From: Eledone cirrhosa
Lineage: Eukaryota
Direction: 5' to 3'
Length of the DNA stretch: 64,000 bases
NCBI GenBank assembly: GCA_964016885.1
Contig: OZ024746.1
Coordinates: 1,984,001 to 2,048,000, forward strand
The notes beneath the pieces were generated by a model, which saw only the letters and a program-made list of their open reading frames with translations, was not told the DNA's origin and did not search any database. The first letter of the stretch is position 1. Each line of letters begins with the position of its first letter. The position numbers and the translations under genes are program-made. Positions 13,516 through 26,587 of this stretch are shown piece after piece.

Positions 13516-13697
13516 AATTGTTTCTACTTTAGGCACAAGGCCAGCAATTACCCAGTGCATTACTGGTACTTTATTTTATCGACCCTGTAAGGATGACAGG
13601 CAAAGTCAACCTCGGCGGGATTTGAACTCAGATCGTAAAGGGACGTAACTATGCTGGAAAGCATGGCGTCCGACCCTCTACCGATACTGCCAATCCA
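13516..13697 (-). mobile_element. OR-like tRNA-derived SINE, near full length
   Basis: A-box TGGCAGTATCGG and B-box GAGTTCAAATCC on the minus strand. Near-identical to 39701-39887. Confidence 0.85.
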
Positions 13698-13882
13698 TGT
13701 AATAATAGTTATAAAGTAGAGTAGTTTATGCAAACATTTGTTCCAAGTGTCCTTTATTATCATATCCTAGGAATTATATACTAATATACAAATAACTATA
13801 CACTAATATACAAATATTCAAATTACCCAGATTCCAAACACATGAAAGGAAGCAATAATAGGATCAAAATCAAAAAGAGCAG

Positions 13883-14166
13883 ATGCTACTTCATGGAAGC
13901 CCAGATTAAACAAGACCCCTTTATATGCTACTTCATGGAAGCCCAGATTAAACAAGACCCCTTTATATGCTACTTCATGGAAACCCAGATTAAACAAGAC
14001 CCCTTTATATGCTACTTTATGGAAGCCCAGATTAAACAAGACCCCTTTATATGCTACTTCATGGAAACCCAGATTAAACAAGACCCCTTTATATGCTACT
14101 TCATGAAAGCCCAGATTAAACAAGACCCCTTTATATGCTATTTCATGGAAACCCAGATTAAACAAG
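13883..14166. repeat. 42-bp minisatellite, ~6.8 copies
   Basis: Unit atgctacttcatggaagcccagattaaacaagacccctttat. Confidence 0.95.
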
Positions 14167-14405
14167 AATACTTTATATTTGAATTTCCATATTAGTGAAA
14201 CCTTTATCAACTTACAACAATCAATGTAAAATATATATTTTTTATTCACTTAATATTTTCATTTCCAGATGCTCTCCCTTGTTTTTAGATAAGTATAGAG
14301 CATAGATATCTCTTTGTCTTCCGGATATCACATTACTCTCAGTAGATAATGTATACAAAAAAAACTTTGGGTTATGATCAAACACTCCATAGTCACAAGT
14401 TTTCA

Positions 14406-16910
14406 TCTATATATATATAATATAAACAAGAGATGTTGGTTGGTGGCTTCACGTATCACACAAAAAGGAAAACTGCCAATCAAAAAGTAAGTACACCAAT
14501 GGAATAAGGGTATACTCATAAGTTTATTGATACACATTTTATAATATCAAAGAAGAACCCGACTGTTATTTCTAGCAGGTTAGGAGACAACCACAAGGGA
14601 TTCTTTGTGTGTGCATTGTCAGCAAGGGATTTGAACACTGGTTTACACACACACATATAATATCTATATAAAGATATGTTTGTTGGTTGGTGGCTTCGTG
14701 CATCACACAAAAAGGAAAACTGACAATCTCTCATTATAAAATTAATGCTATTTAAAATTAATCTACGATGTATATTAATTTAGTTTTTTGAGGATATTGT
14801 CGTATGTTGTTACTGACCTAATTCTGATAGAGTGTCAACCTATCCTCTAGGCCTCCTATTGGACCATGTAATCAGCTGCTATTTTGCATTTATTTGTATT
14901 TTTTATACTGTTTTGTATTGTTTGTTTTTTCACAATATTTTCCAAGAACAATTTCAACATGCCATCAAAAGTCCTCTCATCTATCAGGAGATCTACCAGG
15001 TCCACCAAACAGATGAAATCTTCAAGTGAAAGATAAAATCAAAAACAAAATAGAAAAAGACTTAAGAGTAAAAAGGCAAGACAACAAGAACGACAATCTC
15101 AACACTGACATTCAGCTGAATATGAGACAGGAAACAGAAAGATTAAGTCAAGAAGAAAGATGATTGCAACTTTCTGAAACAGAAGCTGAGATGGAAAACA
15201 GATTAAGACAAGAAAAAAGACAATTGCAACAAATGGAGGCTGAATATGAAAACCACCAAGAAGCAATGAGAGTTGTGATGCAAACCCGACGAGCACAAAG
15301 GACTAATCAATGCAGAATAAACTGGCTAAGAGCTGCGTTTCAATATGATCCATCGACGAATTATAGAAATTATCATAAAGTCGCAATTGGTAGCATGAAC
15401 ATTACATGTGTTGCTTAGGGGAAAAGGTTCGACTTCCACTGTTAGAGGACCCTGCATACTGCTTACAGACCATACTAACGAAGCTAAACACTTCAGAAGT
15501 AATGTTATGATATCCCATGGAGCATACTGACTATGGTTATTTTACATTTAAAATCCAAAGACAATGCTACCATTTAATCAGCAGTTTACTCCCCCAGCCT
15601 AATGAGGAACCAAAATTCATTAAAGTTTACTTTTTGGGCAACAAACCTCTCCTCTGCAAAATCCTTGATGCTCACGTCAATTGTGAGTACAACACATCAG
15701 TTAAATCAATTAATTATGTTTGTAAATATGTCAACAAAGGTAGTTATATGGCAACTTTTACTATTGGTGGTGATAACCAACTAAATGAAGTTAAAACATA
15801 CCTAATAGGGAGATATATTTCTAGCAATGAAGCCATATGGAGACTCTTTGGTTTTGACATACACAATAGACACCCAGCAGCAGTGAACCTTACAGTCAAT
15901 TTGGAAAATGGTCAGAGGGTATATTACACTGAAGAAAATGCACAATTGATGGCTGAGTCTCCTCTAGATACAACTCTCACTGCTTTTTTTAAAGTTTTGT
16001 GAAGAAGATGCCTTTGCTAAAACCTTGCTTTATCATGAGATTCCCACATTCTACACATGGAATAAAAAGAAATGGAGCAGACGAAAGATAGACAATCATG
16101 TGGATGACTATGAAGACATCAAAGTGGCTCAATAGGAGGAGTTGACATGTTCCATCTTAAATTATTTGGCCTACTTGAAGACAGGGAATATTGGAAAAAG
16201 ACATTGGAGGAGGCAGCTGCCACATGCTTAAAAATGTTAGACAGCTCTTCCCTGTAATGCTCACTACATGCAATATTTCAGATCTCTTGAGCCTCTGGGA
16301 AAGCTACAAGAAAGACTTGTAGGAAGATATCTAGCACAGGATCAAACTTCAAAACACTGGCTTTATGTAGATTTTTCTCTAACAATTTATAATTGTTTCT
16401 ACTTTTGGCACAAGGGCCAGCAATTATCCCAGTGCATTACAAGTATCAACCATCTGAGTAAAATTGGCCGGTCCCTTAAAGGTTGTGGTTTACCAGAACC
16501 TGAGGACATAGCTGCATACTATATGGCACAGGATATATTAAGGGAGACGAACTATGACATCAACAAGCTTACATAATATGTCAATGAAAATGAAGAGAAG
16601 CCGATTGAAGATCAAAGAATTGCTTATGAAAAAATATTGACCAGTATCGACCAGAATGAAGAAGGCCTTTACTTCTTGGATGCTCCAGGAAGAACTGGTT
16701 AAACCTTCATAATAAGCTTCATTTTGGCAAAGTAAGGCAGCGAAAACCAAGTGCTTTGGCTGTTGCATCAAGTGGCATTGCTGCTACCTTACTCCTAGGG
16801 AAGATTTATACACATGTCTCCACTGACAAAGTTGAAGAGGAAGTTATTCATTATCCTGCAGAGGTCCTTAATAGTCTGGAACTTCCTGGGCTTCTTCCAC
16901 ATATTATATA
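14406..16910 (+). mobile_element. Degenerate, internally deleted Helitron (Rep-helicase pseudogene)
   Basis: Rep-region motifs TFKIQRQCYHLISSLLP, PLLCKILDAHVNCEY..SVKSINYVCKYVNKG, GRYISSNEAIWRLFGF, HPAAVNLTVNLENGQRVYY, TTLTAFF. PIF1 motifs FLDAPGRTG*TF, AVASSGIAATLL, YPAEVLNSLELPGL. A|TCTATATA 5'-terminus-like sequences at 14406 and 14663. Confidence 0.92.
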
Positions 16911-17205
16911 ACTCTTAACATCCTGTATGAAATCACATTAATAAAACAGTCTTGAAAAGTACAAAACATTACTACAACTGCATCACATTAAACATTAAAG
17001 TCTGATATTGAACATTTTCAGTTATCTTATCCACTAAGATACAAATATTTGAATTAACAAACCTGTTTATAAATATTTTGTATTAAATCATTACAGGTTG
17101 TTAAAAGTTAAAAGACCCAGAATAAAGAATTTATAAAAACAGTACAACATTGAATTGAATAATGTAGTATAGTGTAATGTTTCTCTGTTGCAAGTTCAAA
17201 TCACC

Positions 17206-17433
17206 TTAACCCTTTAGCATTTAAACCGACCATATCCGGCCAAAGTTTTCTCACCTCTTTCTGTTCAAATTGGACCTAACTAGCCATGCATACTGATGTT
17301 AAGGTATTGTTCACAAAATAAATAATATCAAAATCTCATAGATTCAATATCATGTGAGATAATATTTCAGATAAAGTCCTTACTGCTAAAATACAATAGA
17401 GAATATAGAGTAATTTAAATGATAAAGGGTTAA
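17206..17433. mobile_element. TTAA-flanked MITE, family A, nested in an old OR-like SINE
   Basis: TIRs as above. The flanks rejoin as agttcaaatcacc-TTAA-gatcaactttacctatcatcc (SINE B-box and body). Confidence 0.85.
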
Positions 17434-19649
17434 GATCAACTTTACCTATCATCCCTCTTGAGTCAATAAAATACCAGTAATATAATTAACATCAAGTATC
17501 ATCTGCAGGAGAAACACCATAAATCACTTTAATGCTGCCCATGGTTAAATACAGGTATGTACATGATGAAACAAAGCCAAAGTAGGATTTGAACTCAAAA
17601 TACAAAGAGCCAGAACAAATTCCCTAAAGTATCCTGTATGGTACCTCACTAGTTCACCACCCTAAATTAGTACTTCATTAGCACTGAAAGGATAAAAAAC
17701 AAAAGTTGACCTGAGTGAAGTTTGAACTCAGAATGCCTGGCATTTCATCCAATAATCTAACCTACTAGTAACATAGTGAGGTTAAGTCAATCAAATGTTA
17801 TTCCCTCCCACTAAAACTAGTTCAATGTCTAGTAAAAGATATCAGAAGGTATAGTTAAATGTACATCATTTAAAGAGGAAATGGGGAGGAATAATGACCT
17901 TGAAATTACATTTGATTGAGTGCCAGTATTATTAATTATTTTAAGCTTCAGTTTTTTATTTGAATCAGGAAACTAAACAGTTATCACTTGTCACTTTACA
18001 GCACAACTATCATCACCATTATCATGGGAACTTTACACTAGATTTTGTTACATTTGGCAAATGACTCCCTTTGGTGGCTATTTTACATCAATTTAAATTC
18101 TATTTTCCATACTTGCATGAGTTAGTCGGGTTGTCACATTCTGAGGCTAGACTGGTTAGGTGACTATGTCTTATTCATATATTCCGGTTTTTTTTTTTGT
18201 TTTTGTTTTTTGGTGGAGGGGGGGGGGGGGTACACCCTTTCCTAATGCCAACCACATTGCAACATGCGCTACAAGTACTACCATTTTACAGGGTGGAGTA
18301 GGTGTTTGTTTGTTTGTTTTTTTTTGTTTGTATTTTATCATAGTACTAACACTGCCACCTTACAAAGTGGGTTGGATGTATTTTATCAGGACACCAGAAC
18401 TACCCCATTACAACTCTAGGGTGTTCTTTGCTTCCACAGCCAGGCTGAAGAAAGCAGAGATGAAAATGAGGGGCTGCAAGTTAAAAAAGAAATTCAATGA
18501 AACTAAATTTTAATCAGGCAAGGAATGCATGAAATTTACAGCTCACTCTTCTGTAAGTTTAGCTGGCCATCTAGGAGATTGTGTTTTAATGATAGAGGCC
18601 CCAATCTTTTCATGAAAACCAACAGGAAATGGAGCACTATGTTTATGTTTACTGTTCAACTGTAAAAGGTGAGGAGGCTTGAAAATCTAATGCAACAAAT
18701 GATGAATATACCAGAATTTATATTTTCGATTAAAACAAAGAGAAAACCAAATAAAGCAATAACATTTCTATGGCCTGATGTACATAGAATGCTTGTAAAC
18801 AATTAAAAACTATTTATAACTCTTGAACCATTCATTCTCACAAGTATGACAGACAATTTCAATTGCCACTCACTATTATTTAGGAAATACACAGTTCATG
18901 GAAGGTAGGAGAAATGTATTTATCTGATTTTTTATAAATTATATTAATAAATATATCGTATCATGATCATGATCAAACAATGGAAAGAGAAGTCAAATCA
19001 CAACTCATAAAATGAAAAAAAAAGATTTCTGTATTTTTTTCCTTGTACAAATTAAGAGTACCATGTCAGTCTTCTGAGAAGCTGATAATTGGAGGCACCA
19101 CTGTATCAAGCTCAAATTAGTCCAGTCAGTGAGTTATATTGATTGTACAATCCAAGATCCAATCTTTTCAATTACTCTTGGTATACCCTAATTCTTCAGC
19201 TGCTATATGGTGTTTGAGGTTCTGACACTTATTTTCAGCCATGGTTTCAGGCTATGCTAACAAGTCCAAACCATTGAAACAGTTTTGCAGTGTCTTACAT
19301 TGGATACCTTCTAGATAGTTTGTTGGTATTGAGATATATGCAAAGTTTTGCATGAGCTGAGTTGTTTTTATTGGCTATCTGAGCACCATAAAGTCAGCAG
19401 TCAAGTACACAGTTAACCCAGTAAGATCACCAAAAAGAGTCAATTTGATTGGCAGTGACACCATTGTTTGAATACCAGTTCAATAGAACAAAGTTTACAA
19501 AACCTTCCCCGTCGCTGCAATGTTCACTGAAGGTCTATCTATTGTATCACCTTTTTCTGTGGGGACATTCAATAGACTTGCAGCCCTTCCCAAGTGAACT
19601 ACATATTACACAATCTATTGATATGTCAACTTACTGTACTCAGCTTTTT

Positions 19650-19815
19650 GTCTGGTTTTATGAATTTGTTGGTGACTAATCAAACCAACCTTGGAAAAAC
19701 ACGACCACAGATACTACAAACTAAGTTTACCCACCTCTACTTTACAAATTGTGTATTTTCCTGTTGCTTGCTTAAATTCTACACCATTCTTCAACCATTT
19801 CCTCCATACCCAGAC
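19650..19815 (-). mobile_element. Degenerate RTE-like LINE C-terminus with C2H2 finger
   Basis: WRKMVEE...; LVCSICGRVF/SKVGLISHQQIH across a frameshift. Confidence 0.55.
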
Positions 19816-20072
19816 ATAGGTTTATATATATATATATATATATAAAATCTGAGAGAGAGACATATGCATGTGTGTAGTTATAATTAGACACTACATGTTC
19901 ACTCCAAGTAGAAAGACCCCATGAGATCATTGTTCGGTTAGCTTACACAGATGAGTTCAAATCCTTCCAAGGGAGAAGGAAAGGCTATACCAGTCTGATT
20001 TCTTGAAATCCGGATTTTAAAAACTATTTGTGACAACCAATAGCTTTAATGGCTTATCCATGACTATGGGCT

Positions 20073-20120
<48 letters not shown>

Positions 20121-20526
20121 AGAAATAGACAGTAATGTGTTGTCTATCAGAAATACAAATGATACAGTTAAGCTTACAAACTGCTTTTACATTTATCAGT
20201 ACTCATTGAACTCATAAGCAGAAAGCTATTAAAATGTTTCCATTTGTATTTAAAATAATTTTAAAAATTATAATTTGCAAAGCTTCAATTGACATTAAAA
20301 TTTGTAATGTAGATGAAATATTACTTGATAAGGAACATGTTCATTTGTACTAATCTAACATAGTTTATCAAACTTAAACTATGAAGTACTGATATGATCT
20401 TTCCATATCTATAAGTCCTTGTTTTAAACACTTAAGTGTCAACAATTTAGATAATTTTTGTTAATTTATTTGTTATTTCTCTTGTTTTCAGGAAACAAAT
20501 ATTTCCAGTACCAGGTATAAAATGAC

Positions 20527-20741
20527 TTAACCCTTTAGCATTTAAACCGGCCATGTCCGGCCAGAACTCACCTCTTTCTGTTCAAACCAGCTGTAACTGG
20601 CCGCTCATACCTACATTAAGGTATTGTTCTCAAAATAAGTAACATCAAAATCTCGTACATTCGAAATAATTATGTAAGATAAAGCCTTTACTATGAAAAT
20701 ACAATAGTAAATATAGAATAATGTAAATGCTAAAGAGTTAA
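20527..20741. mobile_element. TTAA-flanked MITE, family A
   Basis: TTAA CCCTTTAGCATTTA ... TAAATGCTAAAGAG TTAA. Confidence 0.85.
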
Positions 20742-21239
20742 AGTAATATATTCTTGCCAGAAGGTCAATATAAATATCCCCACAAAGAATATGTAATTAT
20801 TTTAGTAATCAAACTCTTTGGATGTTGATGGGTGAAATTTACCTTCTTTTGCTAGTCATTGTAAAAACATTCTCACTCATCAACAGCAAGGCAAGTACCT
20901 CCGTCAACAATTAGGAAGAAGGGGGAGGGGGTGCTAGCTCTAAAAAATTGTATTTACTTGAAATGAATATAATTAAACAACACCCTCCTCCAACCCTCTA
21001 TATTTTGGGAAGTGACAAATATTGTTAAACCAGAAAACAATGGCAACAGTATTTCATTGTATATTATTCTATAATGTAAGTATGTGTGAGTACATAAAAT
21101 ACATCCTCAATAACCATTTCCTTGAATGTGTTAAACACAGATTAGTCACACCTGTTTCAACTATCAACCTTACAGAGATGTAATAACAGTGTTATGTGTT
21201 AAATACAAATGCTAATTAATAAACACTACTCTAGATAAT

Positions 21240-21525
21240 GGAGGCACGTGGCCTAGTGGTAAGGTTGTTGGAATCAAACCCACAACACTGTTGTGGGTTT
21301 GATTTCTGAGGTTGGGTTGTATGTTGTGTTCTTGAGCAAAACAATTTCACAGTGCTCCAATATACTCAACTGAAAATGAATACCAGCAACAGTTGGGGGG
21401 GGGGGGGGGTAACCCTGCAATGGACTGGAGTCCTGTCCAGGGAAGAATCTTGTACTCTGTCACTTCACGCCATGAAACCAGTATAAACACCAACCTGACG
21501 AGCCTCCTGGTTTGAGACAGACTTA
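21240..21525 (+). mobile_element. tRNA-derived SINE (second head type)
   Basis: GGAGGCACGTGGCCTAGTGGTAAGG ... GGTTTGATTTC ... gtgttcttgagcaaaac ... aaccctgcaatggactgg. Related copies at 22260-22409(-), 25560-25710(+) and 33390-33660(-). Confidence 0.75.
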
Positions 21526-21939
21526 AGATATTAAACCACATCTTTTGTATTTATATTTACACCTTACTAATAAACATTAGTAGCAATCCAAGCTGGCCTA
21601 GTTGTTGACCATTCATATCCTATATTAGTGTTGTTATATTGAGTGTGGCCAAAACTAACTTCATCACATATTTATTCTCTGCCACAAATACTTGGCACTG
21701 TCCATACAGAGTCCCCTATATCCATATCACACAGCTTCCCCTTATACATATAACTAATGCCTTTAATACCTAACTACTTCCTCATTTCTTTTGTGTTCAG
21801 CCAGCATGATCTTTAGGGTCCCAACAATTACAGGTCTCATTTAACTATTTTATGTTAAACCTTTTGATACCAAACTGCCTGAAACCACCCAAGCTCTTCA
21901 ATATATGACTATATTTTAGAGTGACTATATTTATCTAAA

Positions 21940-22861
21940 CATCTTCCATCATAGCTTTATATAACTGTTATTAAGTTATATTCCGAACACCAACTTAATA
22001 ATACAAATATGTTACATGTAAATTGATTGAAGATCATAGGCAATGTCTTTCATTAGAAATATGGTAATGAAAGGGTTAACTCTTAATTTGTCAATCTTTC
22101 ACCAACTGACACAAATACTTTTAACTGCCAATTCATGACTATACATCACTATTCACAATATAGTCTTTTCTCTATGTCTTTGATACATGCCTAATTGTTG
22201 TTTTACTCACAATGACTGCTATTGGGGAAATGTGATAAACGAGATGTATTAAAAAACATTACTGGTATTCATTTTTAGCTGAGTGTACTGGAGCAACGTG
22301 AAATGAAGTGTTTTGTCCAAGAACACAACACACAAACTAGCTCAGGAATCAAACCCCCGACATTATGATCATAAGTCCAACACCCTTACCACTAGGCCAC
22401 ACACCTCCACAATGATTCATAAAGACAATTGTAATTGCTATTCATAATGAATAACTCCAATTTTAGTAACAATGTGAGTTTATAACTGCAAAAGCATGAC
22501 TACAGACAATAGCACTTGAACTCTCCATATTTGTTTTTACAGAAGAATATTTTCTTCTTCACTCACTTATTCCTTGGAGGTCCATGGGGGGGAAGAGCCC
22601 TCAAGGTACTCCTTTCAGCAGGTCCTGTCAGAAGCAACTGTTATCCATCTTGCCTAGAGGTCTACCTCTGGGTCTCCTGCTAGTTGGTTTTGCCAGTAAA
22701 AACCTATCCAGCAATTCTTTCCTGAGACATTCTAACCACATCTCCATAATAAAGGAGCTGTGATCTCTCAATTCAGAGAAGTAGCGGCCTTACCTAGAGT
22801 GGCTTTATCTGGAGTAACTCTAATCCCCAAGCTACACACTCTATAGAGTAACATTACTCCA

Positions 22862-22897
<36 letters not shown>

Positions 22898-23691
22898 ATC
22901 ATTGTTTAATGTCTATTTTCCATGCTTGTATAGGTTAGACAAGTTGTCACATTCTGAGACGAAACCAGTCAGGTGACCTTGTTTTGCTCATAAGTTGTTT
23001 CTGGCTTGCTTTCTATGTATACTGTGTATACTGGAAGCATTTTATCATGGCTCCGGCTCTACCACCTTACAGGTAGAATTGGTTGCTCTTTATTGTGGCA
23101 GTAACACTACGCCATTACAACATTAAGGTGATCATTAGCTCCTTAGCCAGGGAACAGTTTTACAACACGAGAAAGAAAAACAACAGATATATACTAGGGT
23201 TTTTTTTTCCTGGAGAACATACTACTTAACATCCAACATAGACTGGGTATTAGTAACAGTATAGTAAAAACCAAATGGACTCAGAGACAGAGAACAATCT
23301 GGAAAATGAGGGTGTGGAAATATGGGTTCAGAAACATTTTATGAGCCATGAAAAAAGTTTCCAGCATATACTGAAATGTGGTTGGGGACAGGGAAATCAT
23401 CCAGCCACAAAAAAAAACAAGCCAAAAGTAGATATGAACAAGATATGGTCAACTGACTTAACTAGCCTCATACATGACAGCCTATCTAACCTATACAACC
23501 ATGGAAAATAGACATTAAATGGTAATGGAGATATGACAAGAACAAAAAAGAAATACAAGGTGACTCTAAAAAAAAAAAATGGTCCTGTACATGTTTTGTG
23601 CCACTGATTATTCATTTTTTAGCCAATCAACCTTAAATTGCAGGATATGGCAGATACAATGTCTGAGAAGACAAGATCCCAATGGAAATTC
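21940..23691. repeat. Left arm of a large inverted duplication
   Basis: Reverse complement of 24201-26029. The mirrored ORF pairs 23275-23511/24381-24617 and 23397-23615/24277-24495 confirm this. Confidence 0.97.
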
Positions 23692-23819
23692 ACTGAAAGG
23701 AGTACCTTGAGCCCTCAAGGTACTCCTTTCAGCGAGTCCTGTCAGAAGCAACTGTTAACCAGCTGAGCTTATGGATATTACCCAACCCATCTTGCCTAGA
23801 GGTCTACCCCTGGGTCTCC

Positions 23820-24338
23820 TGCTTTTGTTTAGTCTTTATCCTGTAGGGATACTTCTAAGACCCCCTTTGACAACCCCTATGCAAGTTTCTGTGGAGAAAC
23901 CCTAGGATTGGCTTCTCCTGTGCAGTGATCATTTTGGGATCTGTTCAATTGACTCTTGAACCATATCAATAACTTCCTGTGTACATTTCCTGTGTCATCC
24001 AGGGGGGGGGGGGGTAGGATGGTTCTCTGAAATTGTATTAAGGTTCTCTACTGTCCCATAGGTCTCAAACTTCTTCACCCAGTCTTGTATATTGTCTTTG
24101 AAGGAAGATTTGTCTGTTTCCAAAAATGCATGAAATTTGCTTTTGGACCTGCTTGTGTGAGCCACACACATAGTAGTTTCACACTGAAAATCCAGTGCTG
24201 GAATTTCCATTGGGATCTTGTCTTCTCAGACATTGTATCTGCCATATCCTGAAATTTAAGGTTGATTGGCTAAAAAATGAATAATCAGTGGCACAAAACA
24301 TGTACAGGACCATTTTTTTTTTTTAGAGTCACCTTGTA
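23820..24338 (-). pseudogene. Tc1/mariner DD41D (rosa-like) element, 5' end and transposase N-terminal half
   Basis: TA-CAAGGTGACTC terminus, then QWKFQHWIFSVK, IQDWVKKFETYGTVEN, TQEVIDMVQESIEQIPK*SLHRRSQ, YPYRIK (HTH region of this family). Confidence 0.8.
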
Positions 24339-25023
24339 TTTCTTTTTTGTTCTTGTCATATCTCCATCACCATTTAATGTCTATTTTCCATGGTTGTATA
24401 GGTTAGATAGGCTGTCATGTATGAGGCTAGTTAAGTCAGTTGACCATATCTTGTTCATATCTACTTTTGGCTTGTTTTTTTTTGTGGCTGGATGATTTTC
24501 CTGTCCCCAACCACATTTCAGTATATGCTGGAAACTTTTTTCATGGCTCATAAAATGTTTCTGAACCCATATTTCCACACCCTCATTTTCCAGATTGTTC
24601 TCTGTCTCTGAGTCCATTTGGTTTTTACTATACTGTTACTAATACCCAGTCTATGTTGGATGTTAAGTAGTATGTTCTCCAGGAAAAAAAAACCCTAGTA
24701 TATATCTGTTGTTTTTCTTTCTCGTGTTGTAAAACTGTTCCCTGGCTAAGGAGCTAATGATCACCTTAATGTTGTAATGGCGTAGTGTTACTGCCACAAT
24801 AAAGAGCAACCAATTCTACCTGTAAGGTGGTAGAGCCGGAGCCATGATAAAATGCTTCCAGTATACACAGTATACATAGAAAGCAAGCCAGAAACAACTT
24901 ATGAGCAAAACAAGGTCACCTGACTGGTTTAGTCTCAGAATGTGACTACTTGTCTAACCTATACAAGCATGGAAAATAGACATTAAACAATGGTGTGTGT
25001 GTGGTGTGTGGTGTGTGGTGTGT

Positions 25024-25106
<83 letters not shown>

Positions 25107-26029
25107 TGGAGTAATGTTACTCTATAGAGTGTGTAGCTTGGGGATTAGAGTTACTCCAGATAAAGCCACTCTAGGTAAGGCCGCTACTTCTCTGAATTGA
25201 GAGATCACAGCTCCTTTATTATGGAGATGTGGTTAGAATGTCTCAGGAAAGAATTGCTGGATAGGTTTTTACTGGCAAAACCAACTAGCAGGAGACCCAG
25301 AGGTAGACCTCTAGGCAAGATGGATAACAGTTGCTTCTGACAGGACCTGCTGAAAGGAGTACCTTGAGGGCTCTTCCCCCCCATGGACCTCCAAGGAATA
25401 AGTGAGTGAAGAAGAAAATATTCTTCTGTAAAAACAAATATGGAGAGTTCAAGTGCTATTGTCTGTAGTCATGCTTTTGCAGTTATAAACTCACATTGTT
25501 ACTAAAATTGGAGTTATTCATTATGAATAGCAATTACAATTGTCTTTATGAATCATTGTGGAGGTGTGTGGCCTAGTGGTAAGGGTGTTGGACTTATGAT
25601 CATAATGTCGGGGGTTTGATTCCTGAGCTAGTTTGTGTGTTGTGTTCTTGGACAAAACACTTCATTTCACGTTGCTCCAGTACACTCAGCTAAAAATGAA
25701 TACCAGTAATGTTTTTTAATACATCTCGTTTATCACATTTCCCCAATAGCAGTCATTGTGAGTAAAACAACAATTAGGCATGTATCAAAGACATAGAGAA
25801 AAGACTATATTGTGAATAGTGATGTATAGTCATGAATTGGCAGTTAAAAGTATTTGTGTCAGTTGGTGAAAGATTGACAAATTAAGAGTTAACCCTTTCA
25901 TTACCATATTTCTAATGAAAGACATTGCCTATGATCTTCAATCAATTTACATGTAACATATTTGTATTATTAAGTTGGTGTTCAGAATATAACTTAATAA
26001 CAGTTATATAAAGCTTATGATGGAAGATG
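24201..26029. repeat. Right arm of a large inverted duplication
   Basis: As above. About 7 point differences plus an expanded (GT)n tract at ~24990-25104. Confidence 0.97.
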
Positions 26030-26089
26030 CCCACGGTAGATTAAGAAAATTTGGGTTGTTTTCAATCTTCAGCATTTTTTCAGCCATAG

Positions 26090-26587
26090 ACTTTCTCTTC
26101 GTCGTATCAGCCCACTTTCACTTAGAGGGGAAGAACAACTTTAAGAGCAGTATGTTCTGGGGGTCAGAGAAACCCCCAGAAGAGGCTGTGAAACCTCTCC
26201 ACTTGGCTAAATATACCATCTGGGTTGCCATTTCTGAGAGAGGGTTGACTGGCCCATTCTTCTTTGAAGAAAATGGTGTCATTGCTACAATCACAAAGGA
26301 ACACTATGTAGAGGTCCTGCAAAACTTCAAAAGGAGTTACAGACCATGTACCCATCTGTAATAATTTCTGGTTCCAGCAAGACAAAGCAACCCTCACACA
26401 TCCAATGAGGCATGGGAATGGCTAAAAAATAACTTTGGAAATCGTGCGATTAGTTTGAAGACTGATTTTGAGTGAGCTCCAAACAACTCTGATTTAAGCA
26501 GGTTTCTTTCTTTAGGGTTATCTGAAGGATAGGGTGAATGTCAACAAACCCAGTACTATTACTGAATTAAAGGAAAACATCAGACAA
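26090..26587 (+). pseudogene. Tc1/mariner DD41D (rosa-like) transposase C-terminal half
   Basis: SAHFHLEG..FWGSEKP..PLH..KYTIWVAISERGLTGPFFF; WFQQD..HTS..W.P..SDL; GYLKDRVNVNKPSTITELKENI. Spacing from QQD is consistent with 41 aa. Confidence 0.9.

Noticed and set aside
21940-26029. Arms as TIRs of a large foldback or composite transposon
   Set aside because: The arms are a mosaic of old unrelated repeats, begin mid-MITE, show no TSD, and the transposase continues outside the right arm.
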